Numbered from the stretch's first letter, positions 1-8,557 are shown. The stretch: DNA of 51,699 bases from Armatimonadota bacterium (GCA_016235455.1 JACRKZ010000107.1:1-51699), one strand, 5' to 3'. Program-made: numbers and translations. Notes: generated by a model from the letters alone, not told the origin.

Positions 1-1
1 G

Positions 2-1393
2 ATGGACGCGCTGGAAGAAGAGCGCGAGCAGAACGTCACCATCGACACCGCGCAGACCTACTTCAAGACCGACCTGCGCCGCTACGTGATCATCGATGCG
101 CCGGGGCACCGCGAGTTCCTCAAGAACATGCTGACCGGCGCCGCGGCGGCCGACGCGGCGTTGCTGCTGGTGGATGCGGCCGAGGGTGTACGCGAGCAGA
201 CGCAACGCCACGCCTACGTGCTGTCGCTGCTGGGCATCCGGCAGGTCATTGTGGCCATCAACAAGCTCGACCTGGTCGGCTTCTCCGAGCGCCGGTTCGA
301 GGAGGTGCGCCGCGAGGCCACGCTGTTCCTCAATGGACTGGGCATCACGCCCAGCTACACCATCCCCATCTCCGCGCGCGAAGGCGACAACATCGCCACG
401 GGCTCGGGGCGCATGAACTGGTACGACGGACCGACCATCGTGCAGGCGCTGGACAGTTTCCAGGAGGTGCGCTCGCCCATCGACGCGGCGCTGCGCTTCC
501 CGATCCAGGATGTCTATCGCTGGGACGACACCCGCTACTACGCGGGCCGCGTGGAATCGGGCATCGTGCGCGTGGGTGACGAGGTGGTCATCGAGCCCTC
601 CGGCCGGCGCTGCCGCGTGCAGACCATCGAAGTCTGGGGCGAGCCCCGCCGGCAGCGTGCCGCGGCGGGCCAGTCGGTGGCGCTGACCTTCGACCAGGAG
701 CTGTTCGCCGAGCGCGGCGAGGTGGTGGCGCATGTCGGCCGAGCGCCGCGCGTCAGCTCCGAGCTGGCCACCAGCGTCTTCTGGCTGGGCCGCGACCCAC
801 TGACCGTGGGCCAGAAGCTCACGCTCAAGCTGGCCACCACCGCCGTCGAAGCCGAGGTGGTGCGCATCGACGAGCGCCTCGACAGCTCCACGCTACAGAT
901 CATCGAGCGCCGCGCGCAGCATCTGGACAACACCGAGTCGGGCACCGTGACCTTTGCGTTGCGCCGGCCGCTGGCGCTGGACACCTATGAGGAGAACGAG
1001 CGGCTGGGCCGTTTCGTGCTGGTGGTGGACGGCATCGTGCGCGGCGGCGGCACGGTCCGCGAGGCGCGCGCCGCCGGCGCCGGCTCCGCCGTGCGGCTGG
1101 TGGCGCTGGACGACCGCCTGACCGACGGCGACGATGGCGCGCGGGTCGACCTGACCAACGAGCCGGGCCTGTTCGAGGTCAGCGCCTCCGAATCACTCCG
1201 CTGGCGCATCGATCACGGCGAGAAGGTGCTCATCCGCCTGCGTGGACCCGAGCAGATGCCGCCGCTGGTGCGCTTCGCCTACGACCGCCGGCTGGACCTG
1301 CACTTCCACCGCGCCGACGACGGCCTGATCGACCTGCTGGTCTATCGCAAGCCGGTACGGCGGCATGAAGAGTTCGACGACGTGGCCATCTGA
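2..1393 (+). CDS. cysN: Sulfate adenylyltransferase subunit 1 (CysN-type GTPase), 5'-truncated by the window edge, with a ~105-aa non-kinase C-terminal extension
   Basis: DALEEEREQNVTID switch I, DAPGH (G3), NKLD (G4), ISAREGDNI, LRFPIQDVY and LGRFVLV are CysN/EF-Tu-like motifs. G1 lies upstream of the window. No APS-kinase P-loop follows. Confidence 0.88.
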   Translation: MDALEEEREQNVTIDTAQTYFKTDLRRYVIIDAPGHREFLKNMLTGAAAADAALLLVDAAEGVREQTQRHAYVLSLLGIRQVIVAINKLDLVGFSERRFEEVRREATLFLNGLGITPSYTIPISAREGDNIATGSGRMNWYDGPTIVQALDSFQEVRSPIDAALRFPIQDVYRWDDTRYYAGRVESGIVRVGDEVVIEPSGRRCRVQTIEVWGEPRRQRAAAGQSVALTFDQELFAERGEVVAHVGRAPRVSSELATSVFWLGRDPLTVGQKLTLKLATTAVEAEVVRIDERLDSSTLQIIERRAQHLDNTESGTVTFALRRPLALDTYEENERLGRFVLVVDGIVRGGGTVREARAAGAGSAVRLVALDDRLTDGDDGARVDLTNEPGLFEVSASESLRWRIDHGEKVLIRLRGPEQMPPLVRFAYDRRLDLHFHRADDGLIDLLVYRKPVRRHEEFDDVAI

Positions 1394-1414
1394 GGGCTGG
1401 TGGGCGCCGGCCAG

Positions 1415-1492
1415 CCCCCCTGTAGTCCCCCCGCGAGCGGGGGGACGGGCATCTGACTCCCTCCCCGCTCGCGGGGAGGGTCGGGGTGGGGG
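1415..1492 (+). repeat. Family A palindromic doublet repeat, copy 1
   Basis: Hairpin GTCCCCCCGC-GA-GCGGGGGGAC (1425-1446), hairpin CCCTCCCCGC-TC-GCGGGGAGGG (1459-1480) and a GGGGTGGGGG tail. Four further copies occur in the window. Confidence 0.9.
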
Positions 1493-1503
1493 CTGCTGCC
1501 GGC

Positions 1504-1536
1504 TCACTCGAAGCTCGGCAACACCGTATTGCCCTG
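1504..1536 (-). pseudogene. Fossil 3' end of an HzsA-like gene (QGNTVLPSFE*)
   Basis: Aligns codon for codon with the last 11 codons of the 3580..6603 gene (EGKVVLPSYE*). The downstream flank and family A repeat are also shared. Confidence 0.7.
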
Positions 1537-1574
1537 ACACGGCCACCTGAGGAGCGCGAGCCCTCCACGTCGCC

Positions 1575-3455
1575 TCAGTCCGCCGTGGCGAAGGCCCAGT
1601 CGCGCACCAGTTTGCCCTGAGCGTCCAGCAGCCTGACCCAAGCCAGCGTCTGCCGGCCCGGCGCCGTGGCCAGGTCCAGGCGCAGAGCGCCGATGGGCTG
1701 GGCCGGGGTCAATGCCACGCGGTACTCATGCCAGGCGCCGTCGTGTTCGATGGCAAACGATGTGCCCGAGCCGGGCACCCAGCGCTTCGCGGCGCCTGAG
1801 CGGAAGACAAGGCCGTTGCCCTTGGCGCTGGAGCGCAAGCGCAGGGCCATCGTGTATTCACCCGCGGGCAGATCCAGCATCTCGGCGCTGATGAGCATGG
1901 GGTCGCCGTCGGTGACCTCCAGCGCCAGGCCTTCGGGCGTCTCGCTGGCGCTGAGGTGGCCGTTGGCGCCGGTGGCCCAGCCGTGGTAGCTCGACCGCGC
2001 TTCGGCCCGCCAGGCGGGGTTGGGCAACGGCGTCAAGGCCTTGGTGTCGGCCAGGAACCGGTCGATCAGCGCACCCAACGCCGCCACTCGCGCCGGCTCG
2101 CGGTCGGTCAGGTCGGTCGTCTCGCCCACATCGTCGCGCAGGTTGTACAGCAGTTGCCGATCGCGCAGCTCGGGGCCTTCGCAGAACAGCCGGATCAGCT
2201 TCCAGTCGCCCTGTCGCACGGTCACCGACGGCGGCAGCGTGTCGGGCACGCCGGGGCTGTGGGGGAAGTAGACGAACGACTCCTGCCTGGGGCCCTGGCC
2301 ACCGCGCAGCGCCGCCATCTGGCTCACGCCGTCGCACGGCTGGTCGGGTGTTGGGGGCAGACCGGCAGCCTCCAGCAGCGTGGGGTAGATGTCGCAACTG
2401 TTGATCAGCGAGTCGTTGCGGGTTCCCGGTCGGGTCACGCCGGGCCAGCTGGCCAGACACGGCACACGCACACCGCCTTCCCACACCGTGCCCTTGCCGC
2501 CGCGCAGGGGCGCGTTGCTGGTGGGCGTGGTGCCGTCGACGGTGTTGTACATGTTGCCGCCATTGTCGCTGTAGAACAGCAGCAGCGTGTTGTCGGTCAG
2601 GCCCAGTCGGTCGAGGGCGTCCATGACCTTGCCCAGGTTGTCGTCGAACGACTGCACCATGGCGGCGTAGGTCGGGCAGTGCTGCGGGTTGGCTGGGTCG
2701 GCGCTGGCGCGGTAGCGCGCGATCAGGTCCTGCTTCGCGTCGAACGGCGCGTGGACCGAGAACTGCCAGTAGTCGATGAAGAACGGCCGGTCGCGATGGA
2801 CGGTCATGAAGCTGACCACCTCGTCGCCCATGCGGTCTTCGAGATGCTCGCCGGGCGTGCGTTCACGGAAGTTTGGGAACTTCCACGGCGCGACGAAGCT
2901 GCCCGCCGGGCCCGGGCCGTACCAGTGCGGGATGTCCACGTCGAAGCCCTGGTGCAGCGGGTCATAGGGCTCGCGGCCCAGATGCCACTTGCCAAAATGG
3001 CCGGTAGCATAGCCGGCCGCCTTGAACCGCTCGGCGAGCGTGACATAGGTCAGCGGCAGGCGTGTGGCGCTGGTACATTCCAGCCGTCGCGCGGTGGGCG
3101 GTGCCTTGGTCGCGCGCTCGGCGGCGAGTTGCACGCGCTCCTCATGACAGCCGGGCGTAGTGATGCCCGTCCGCGCCGGATGACAGCCGGTCAGCGCCGA
3201 GGCGCGGGTCGGTGAGCAGAGCGGGCTGGCCGAGTAGGCACAGGGGAAGTAGACCCCGCGCTGGGCCAGCCGCTCGACATTGGGCGTGCGGTAGTAGCGG
3301 CTGCCGGTGAAGCTGGTGTCGCACCAGCCCAGGTCGTCGGCCAGGATGAACACGATGTTCGGCGGCTTGGCCTGCGCCTGACCGCGCCGGCGCGCCAGCA
3401 GACCGGCGGCGGCGAGGGCGCCGGTCCGTAGGAAGGTACGGCGATCGCTCGTCAT
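1575..3455 (-). CDS. Tat-exported formylglycine-dependent sulfatase (S1/arylsulfatase A family) with an extra C-terminal beta-rich CBM-like domain
   Basis: MTSDRRTFL twin-arginine signal, PNIVFILADDLG, CSPTRASALTG (CxPxR), GKWHLG, SDNGG, KGTVWEGGVRVP. A GGAG SD precedes the ATG at 3455. Confidence 0.92.
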   Translation of the reverse strand: MTSDRRTFLRTGALAAAGLLARRRGQAQAKPPNIVFILADDLGWCDTSFTGSRYYRTPNVERLAQRGVYFPCAYSASPLCSPTRASALTGCHPARTGITTPGCHEERVQLAAERATKAPPTARRLECTSATRLPLTYVTLAERFKAAGYATGHFGKWHLGREPYDPLHQGFDVDIPHWYGPGPAGSFVAPWKFPNFRERTPGEHLEDRMGDEVVSFMTVHRDRPFFIDYWQFSVHAPFDAKQDLIARYRASADPANPQHCPTYAAMVQSFDDNLGKVMDALDRLGLTDNTLLLFYSDNGGNMYNTVDGTTPTSNAPLRGGKGTVWEGGVRVPCLASWPGVTRPGTRNDSLINSCDIYPTLLEAAGLPPTPDQPCDGVSQMAALRGGQGPRQESFVYFPHSPGVPDTLPPSVTVRQGDWKLIRLFCEGPELRDRQLLYNLRDDVGETTDLTDREPARVAALGALIDRFLADTKALTPLPNPAWRAEARSSYHGWATGANGHLSASETPEGLALEVTDGDPMLISAEMLDLPAGEYTMALRLRSSAKGNGLVFRSGAAKRWVPGSGTSFAIEHDGAWHEYRVALTPAQPIGALRLDLATAPGRQTLAWVRLLDAQGKLVRDWAFATAD

Positions 3456-3488
3456 GGGCTGCTCCAGCGCGTGGCGCACTCCGGGTGG

Positions 3489-3567
3489 CCCCCCCTGTCG
3501 TCCCCCCGCGAGCGGGGGGACGTATACTTGACCCCCTCCCCGCTCACGGGGAGGGTCGGGGTGGGGG
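3489..3567 (+). repeat. Family A palindromic doublet repeat, copy 2
   Basis: GTCCCCCCGCGAGCGGGGGGAC ... CCCTCCCCGCTCACGGGGAGGGTCGGGGTGGGGG. Confidence 0.9.
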
Positions 3568-3579
3568 CCGCTGCCGGCC

Positions 3580-6500
3580 CTACTCGTAACTTGGCAGCAC
3601 GACCTTGCCCTCGGCCTGCGCCATCAGCTCGTGCTCATGGCCAAAGAACAGTCCGTTGGAGTCCATCCAGATGGTCAGCCGGCGCCATTCATCGGCGTCC
3701 AGCTTCACGTCGTGGTGGCCCTTCTTCAACAGGTCATAGAGCCGCGAGCCGTGCGCGCCGAAGTTGCCGGGCACGGTGTAGGGCTCCACCCAGTCGGCAT
3801 TGTCGTAGAACTTGACGAAGCCGCGCAGGTTGGCGAACGACGTGTACCACAAGTTGGCGTTCTGAGCGAAGTTCCCGCGGGTCAGGTCGGGCCCGTTGCC
3901 GCCAGGCTTGTGGCAGCTGACGCATTTCGCGTCGAGCACCGGCTGCACGAGCCGCGGGTAGTTGAACGGATGGGTGCCGTCCGGGTCGGGCTCGATGGTC
4001 GAGGCGGCGCGCTTCATGGCCAGCGGCTGGCGCTTGATGCTCGTGCCCTGCACGCGCTGGTTGTGGCAACCGGTGCAGGTGAGCGTCTCGCCGGGCTGCA
4101 CATACGACGCGCTCCTCATGCCCTGCACCGCCGCGCCGGTCTCGTCCAGCGCGTGATAAAGCAGCGGCACGCCCACGGGCGCCTCGAACCAGGCGCTGCC
4201 ATCGGCTTCCACGGGCACCGTGCCCAGCGACGCCTTGGCCGGCTTCTGCGAGCCATAGCCGATGCGCGGCACGTCGGCCAACGGCGTGCTCTTGGGCAGG
4301 ATCTGCCAGATGCGCAGCGCGGTGACCTTGGCCCCGGCGGGCAGCGGTCGCAGCGAATCATAGACGTTGATCAGGCCGATCCGACCGGTCTTGGGGATCT
4401 GGTCGGCCGGCAGCGGCACCGGCTTGGTGCCATCGGCCAGGCGCGGCAGGCCGACGGCGGTGCCGTGCGGGATGACCGGCGGCTTGGTCCGCGGCCGCAG
4501 CGGGATCGGGTCAAGGCAGGAGATGCGCGGGTCGCGGTAGATGATCTCCTTGTTGCCGTAGACATCCAGCAGCGTCAGCGCGTAGTTGCGCTTGGCCGGG
4601 TCGAGCTCGCCCCACTGCGCGTTGGCGTCGTGGTCATAGACGCACAGGAAGTACTTCTCCGACAGCGGCCACGGCGTTGCGTAGGCCGACGAGCCGCGGA
4701 AGCTGTACCACTCAGCCTCGGGGAAGAGCTGGTCCGGCGTGACGCGTTTGATGGCCGACATGGCGCCGTCGTCCTTGGCGCGCGGGTCGATCAGCACAAT
4801 CGAGCCACGGGCCTCGGTGTGATGGCCCGAGGTGATGGCCACCAGCAGCGGCGAGTTGGGCACGGCGCGCACCTGCATCTCCTGATGCGGGGCCGTGCGC
4901 TGGTTCTCGTGAGTGTTGCCGTTCAGCGCGCGGGCATCGCGGCCGTCGGGGTAGGTGACCCAGGCGTGGTGGGCCTGGTTGAACCCGCGGTCCACATAGT
5001 CCCAGCGGGTGTAGATGATGCGGCCGTCGTTGGCCACGCTCGGCTGCCACTCGTTGGTCTCGTGGGGGCTGAAGCGCACGATGTCGGTGCCGTCGTCCAG
5101 CATCGAGTGCAGCGTGTAGCTGGGCACGGGCCGGCCATGGCAGCGGCCAAACCCGCCGCGCCGCTCGGAGATGAAGGCGATGCGCCCGTTGGGCAGCCAG
5201 CACGGGTCGAAATCATTCACCGAGCCGTCGGTCAGTTGGGTCAGCCCGGTGCCATCGGTCCTCACGCGGAAGATGTGGAACGTGGTGTCCTCTTTCCACT
5301 GCCGCAGGTCGGGCCTGCCCTCGGTCCAGGCGAAGAGGATGTCCTTGCCGTCGAACGACAGGTCGGGCGAGAGGAACCCGCCGTGGTCGAGCTTCTGGCC
5401 CTTCATCAGGCCGCTCTCGACCACCGAGTTCTCCAGCACGTTGCGCACCGTCGGCTTGGCGCCAAAGGGGTTCGACAGCACGTAGACGCCGTCGCCCTTG
5501 GTCTTGCCGTGCAGCGTGGCGTGGAAGCCGAAGAACTGGTCGCACATGTGGTTGCCGTCGTTGTACTCGTCGGTCGGCAACGCCTCGCGCGTGATGAACA
5601 GGATCTGGTCCATGCCGCGCAACAGCGGGTTGGCAAAAGCGATCTCGCGGCGCAGCGCCACGGTGCGGCCGAACAGCGCCAGACGCGCGTCCAGGTCCTC
5701 GACCTTGGCCGTCTTGTTCTCGGCCTCCAGGCCGGCCAGGCGCTTGCCCTGGTCATCGAGCTTGACCTGCGCGCTCAGGTCGTCGAGCAGCGCGCGTGTG
5801 CGGCGCAGTACGACATCCACCGGGTCGCGATCCTCGGTCTTGAGCATGGCCTGGTCGCTGACCGACTGCCGCGCGCGTTCTTCGGGGCCGGCGATGCCGC
5901 CATTGAAGGTCTGCGTCCAGCCGCGGCGCTCCAGGTCCTTCTGGAGCTGGATGAACTCCTTGGCCACCTCGCCGCTGTAGCGCCTGGTCAACTCGGCGAT
6001 GCGCTGCTGGTAGGTGGGGTCGGGCGGTTGCTGCACGCCCAGCATGGCGCATTGCTTGGCGGTGGGCACACCGGTGATGACTACGAACTGCACGCTGGAG
6101 GAATCGCTCTGGTTGGCGCCGGAGTCGTCGATACCCGCGCGCGCCTGGAAGCGATCGTAGCCCTCGGGCACGGCGAAGAGGACCAGGCCCGGCGAGTGGA
6201 TGCCGAGTCCGTCGGCCTGCGGCTTGCCATCGATGCTCATCGGGCTGCCGGCCGGGCTCTTGCTCTTGCTGAGCGTGCCCCAGCCGGTGACGCCGAAGAT
6301 CCAGTCAAGCTCTGTCAGGCGCTTGGTGCCCGCCGGCCCGACGAACCGCGCGTCGACCCAGTCGCAGTGGTCGCAGGCGTAGCTGTCGCCGCCTTCGCTG
6401 ACCAGCAGCGTGATGAACTTGGCCCCGCCCAGGGCCACATCGATGTCGACCGACCGGCCCGGTGTGCGCTTGGTGACCACCTCGCTGACGAAGCCCACGT

Positions 6501-6603
6501 TGGGCCCCGCCTCGGCCATCTGGTCTTTGTTGACCACCGGCGGCGCGGCATACACCGCACCGGCCACCAAAGCCACCATCCATGTAACGCGCAACCTGGC
6601 CAT
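3580..6603 (-). CDS. Secreted HzsA-related protein: NPCBM/NEW2 domain + TolB/PD40-like beta-propeller + hydrazine synthase alpha middle-like domain + two c-type heme motifs
   Basis: Signal peptide; NPCBM-like GLGIHSPG...FQARAGIDD; propeller motifs DFDPCWLPNGRIAFISER and DGRIIYTRWDYVDR; LGTVPVEADGSAWFEAP...VQGMRS; CTGCH and CVSCH. Confidence 0.85.
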   Translation of the reverse strand: MARLRVTWMVALVAGAVYAAPPVVNKDQMAEAGPNVGFVSEVVTKRTPGRSVDIDVALGGAKFITLLVSEGGDSYACDHCDWVDARFVGPAGTKRLTELDWIFGVTGWGTLSKSKSPAGSPMSIDGKPQADGLGIHSPGLVLFAVPEGYDRFQARAGIDDSGANQSDSSSVQFVVITGVPTAKQCAMLGVQQPPDPTYQQRIAELTRRYSGEVAKEFIQLQKDLERRGWTQTFNGGIAGPEERARQSVSDQAMLKTEDRDPVDVVLRRTRALLDDLSAQVKLDDQGKRLAGLEAENKTAKVEDLDARLALFGRTVALRREIAFANPLLRGMDQILFITREALPTDEYNDGNHMCDQFFGFHATLHGKTKGDGVYVLSNPFGAKPTVRNVLENSVVESGLMKGQKLDHGGFLSPDLSFDGKDILFAWTEGRPDLRQWKEDTTFHIFRVRTDGTGLTQLTDGSVNDFDPCWLPNGRIAFISERRGGFGRCHGRPVPSYTLHSMLDDGTDIVRFSPHETNEWQPSVANDGRIIYTRWDYVDRGFNQAHHAWVTYPDGRDARALNGNTHENQRTAPHQEMQVRAVPNSPLLVAITSGHHTEARGSIVLIDPRAKDDGAMSAIKRVTPDQLFPEAEWYSFRGSSAYATPWPLSEKYFLCVYDHDANAQWGELDPAKRNYALTLLDVYGNKEIIYRDPRISCLDPIPLRPRTKPPVIPHGTAVGLPRLADGTKPVPLPADQIPKTGRIGLINVYDSLRPLPAGAKVTALRIWQILPKSTPLADVPRIGYGSQKPAKASLGTVPVEADGSAWFEAPVGVPLLYHALDETGAAVQGMRSASYVQPGETLTCTGCHNQRVQGTSIKRQPLAMKRAASTIEPDPDGTHPFNYPRLVQPVLDAKCVSCHKPGGNGPDLTRGNFAQNANLWYTSFANLRGFVKFYDNADWVEPYTVPGNFGAHGSRLYDLLKKGHHDVKLDADEWRRLTIWMDSNGLFFGHEHELMAQAEGKVVLPSYE

Positions 6604-6680
6604 CCGACTCTCCGCGAGATCCTAAGCATACCCTGACGCCGGGCTGGTTGGAAGGGTTTCGCCGCGACGTTGCCGCGTTC

Positions 6681-6733
6681 GTTGTACCGGCTTCAGCCGG
6701 CCTCGTCGGGCAGCCGGCTGAAGCCGGTACAAC
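6681..6733. repeat. REP-like inverted doublet (family C)
   Basis: Perfect 21-bp inverted repeat GTTGTACCGGCTTCAGCCGGC (6681-6701) / GCCGGCTGAAGCCGGTACAAC (6713-6733). Each arm contains an internal CCGGCT..AGCCGG hairpin. Confidence 0.8.
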
Positions 6734-6749
6734 AGACGCGAGCGCTCTC

Positions 6750-7514
6750 TCAGCCGATGTTGCACACGTCGTAGGCCGCCTTCAGCGCTGCCAGCTTGTC
6801 CGCGCCCTTGGGCGAGAACTCGTGGCCGACATAGCCGGTGAAGCCGGTCTCGGCGATGGCGCGGACGATGGGCCGGTAGTTGAGCTCCTGCTCGTCGTCC
6901 AGATCGTTGCGGCCGGGGTTGCCCGCAGTGTGATAGTGCAGGAAGTATCGGCCGCCATAGTCGCGGATGTTGCGGATGACGTCGCCTTCCTGGATCTGCA
7001 TGTGGTAGATGTCATACAGCAAGCCGACGCGCGGCGAGCCCACCAAGTCGCACATGGTCACGCCCCAGATAGTGTGATCGCACATGTAATCCTTGTGGTT
7101 GACCTTGCTGTTGAGCAACTCGACGGCCAGGTTGACGCCCTTGTCCTCGGCCAGTTCGGCCACGCGCTTCAGGCCGTCGGCGGTATTGCGCATGCCGACC
7201 AGGTCGTCCATGCCGTTGCGGTTGCCCGAGAAGCAGACCAGCGTGCCCACGCCGTGGTCGGCGGCGAAGGCGATCCGCTCGCGCAACTCGGGCTCGATGC
7301 GGTCGTGGTTCTCGGGCTTGTTGAGCCCGTCGACCAGCGACTGATGGCCGCCCATGGTGGCGATGCCCAGCCCGTATTTGGGCGCTACCTCGCACATCTC
7401 CGGGCTGGCCAGATCGACGCCCTCGAAGCCGATGTCGGCCATGGCCGGAAACAGCTCGTCGAGCGCCATGCCGCCCAGCGGCCAGACGGTGAATGCTTGT
7501 CGGATGTGTGCCAT
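6750..7514 (-). CDS. Hydroxypyruvate isomerase (Hyi)-family / xylose isomerase-like TIM barrel protein
   Basis: CFSGNR, ELLNSKVNHKDYMCD, LLYDIYHMQIQEGD, HYHTAGNPGR, GYVGHEF. A GAGGA SD precedes the ATG at 7514; the longer ORF upstream is repeat-derived. Confidence 0.88.
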   Translation of the reverse strand: MAHIRQAFTVWPLGGMALDELFPAMADIGFEGVDLASPEMCEVAPKYGLGIATMGGHQSLVDGLNKPENHDRIEPELRERIAFAADHGVGTLVCFSGNRNGMDDLVGMRNTADGLKRVAELAEDKGVNLAVELLNSKVNHKDYMCDHTIWGVTMCDLVGSPRVGLLYDIYHMQIQEGDVIRNIRDYGGRYFLHYHTAGNPGRNDLDDEQELNYRPIVRAIAETGFTGYVGHEFSPKGADKLAALKAAYDVCNIG

Positions 7515-7547
7515 CGTGCTAAGTCCTCTCGTGGGTCCTAGCGTGGG

Positions 7548-7572
7548 CTTCGCGAGCCGCTCGCGGCTTCCT
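7548..7572 (-). promoter_or_regulatory. Putative sigma-H-like promoter of the Hyi gene
   Basis: GCAGGA-N17-GAAG on the minus strand. The same spacing occurs at four other gene starts. Confidence 0.5.
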
Positions 7573-7585
7573 GCCGGAGTCTGAG

Positions 7586-7661
7586 TCCACAGATTACGCA
7601 GATTACACAGATGGCGTGGCGGGTGGATCAGCTCATCTGTGTAATCTGCGTAATCTGTGGA
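7586..7661. repeat. Family B inverted repeat (9-bp periodic CAGATTACR arms), copy 1
   Basis: Perfect 28-bp IR TCCACAGATTACGCAGATTACACAGATG (7586-7613) / CATCTGTGTAATCTGCGTAATCTGTGGA (7634-7661) with a 20-nt spacer. Confidence 0.92.
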
Positions 7662-8443
7662 TCTGAGCGATCGTCGCCCAGCGGATGGCCCATGGCCAGA
7701 AACAGGCCGTGCAGGATCATCCACGGATGAGGCGGGCCGCCGGGCACGTAGACGTCCACGGGCAGCACGGCGTCGACGCCGTTGGCCTCGGCGTAGCCGC
7801 CGGCGTGGATGCCGCCGGAGATGGCCGCGCAGCCCAGCGCGATCACCAGTCGCGGTTCGGCCATGGCGGCGTGGCAGCGGCGCAGCGGCTCGGCCATGGC
7901 GCGGCCCACGGGGCCGGTGACCAGGAGCGCGTCGGCATGGCGTGGCGAGGCCACGAAGTGCAGGCCGAAGCGGAAGCAGTCGTAGATCGGATTGCAGGCC
8001 GCCTGGATCTCCATGTCGGCCGCGTTGTCGCCGGTGGACACCTCACGGATATGCAGCGACCGCGCGAATGGCCGGCGCCGTGGCGCGGCCGGAGTGGGCC
8101 GGTCCAGCGGGCGGTTGGAGTGCAGCAGTTCGGCCCGCGTGCGTACCGCAACGCGCGTGTTCCGGTCGGCGACCAGCGTGGACGTGGGGCAGCCGTCGGT
8201 ACAGGCGCGACAGGCCAGGCAGCGGCCGCGGTCGACGGTCACGGTCGGGTCGCTGTTCGCCTCGGGCAGCACCGTGACCGCCGAGGTAGGGCAGGCATCG
8301 AGGCAGGCGCGGCAGCCGTCCGCCGCGGCGCAGGGCTGGTCGGAGACCGTGGCCAGCGTCAGCGCATGGTCGGCCAGGTCGGGCAGCATATCGCTCGTGG
8401 TGTGGCGCTTGGTGTGCAGCAGGCCGAGCAGTGTGTTGATCAT
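7628..8443 (-). CDS. Ehr/Hyf-like small subunit: 2x[4Fe-4S] ferredoxin domain fused to a NuoB/HyfI-like domain with degenerate N2 ligands
   Basis: CAAADGCRACLDACP and CLACRACTDGCP; RFGLHFVASPRHADALLVTGPV; VDVYVPGGPPHP. Confidence 0.88.
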   Translation of the reverse strand: MINTLLGLLHTKRHTTSDMLPDLADHALTLATVSDQPCAAADGCRACLDACPTSAVTVLPEANSDPTVTVDRGRCLACRACTDGCPTSTLVADRNTRVAVRTRAELLHSNRPLDRPTPAAPRRRPFARSLHIREVSTGDNAADMEIQAACNPIYDCFRFGLHFVASPRHADALLVTGPVGRAMAEPLRRCHAAMAEPRLVIALGCAAISGGIHAGGYAEANGVDAVLPVDVYVPGGPPHPWMILHGLFLAMGHPLGDDRSDPQITQITQMS

Positions 8444-8467
8444 GACAGCCTCATATCAGATTGCTCT

Positions 8468-8537
8468 CTGAGATCCACAGATTACGCAGATTACACAGAT
8501 GGACAGATCGGGCATCTGTGCAATCTGTGGATCTCAG
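8468..8537. repeat. Family B inverted repeat, copy 2
   Basis: CTGAGATCCACAGATTACGCAGATTACACAGATG (8468-8501) / CATCTGTGCAATCTGTGGATCTCAG (8513-8537). The right arm is one 9-bp unit shorter. Confidence 0.9.
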
Positions 8538-8557
8538 GGGCTCGATGGCATTGGACC

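Noticed and set aside
3580-6603. Anammox hydrazine synthase
   Set aside because: Only the alpha-like domains are present, fused to a carbohydrate-binding module, with no beta/gamma subunits.
3631-6636. 1001-aa plus-strand ORF and similar long antisense ORFs (e.g. 19838..22249, 27968..30562, 33978..36929)
   Set aside because: Shadow ORFs opposite well-supported genes. They are expected in high-GC DNA and carry no recognisable motifs.
7586-8537. Possible CRISPR array from the periodic CAGATTAC repeats
   Set aside because: These are inverted arms of 9-bp units, not direct repeats with unique spacers, and no cas genes are present.
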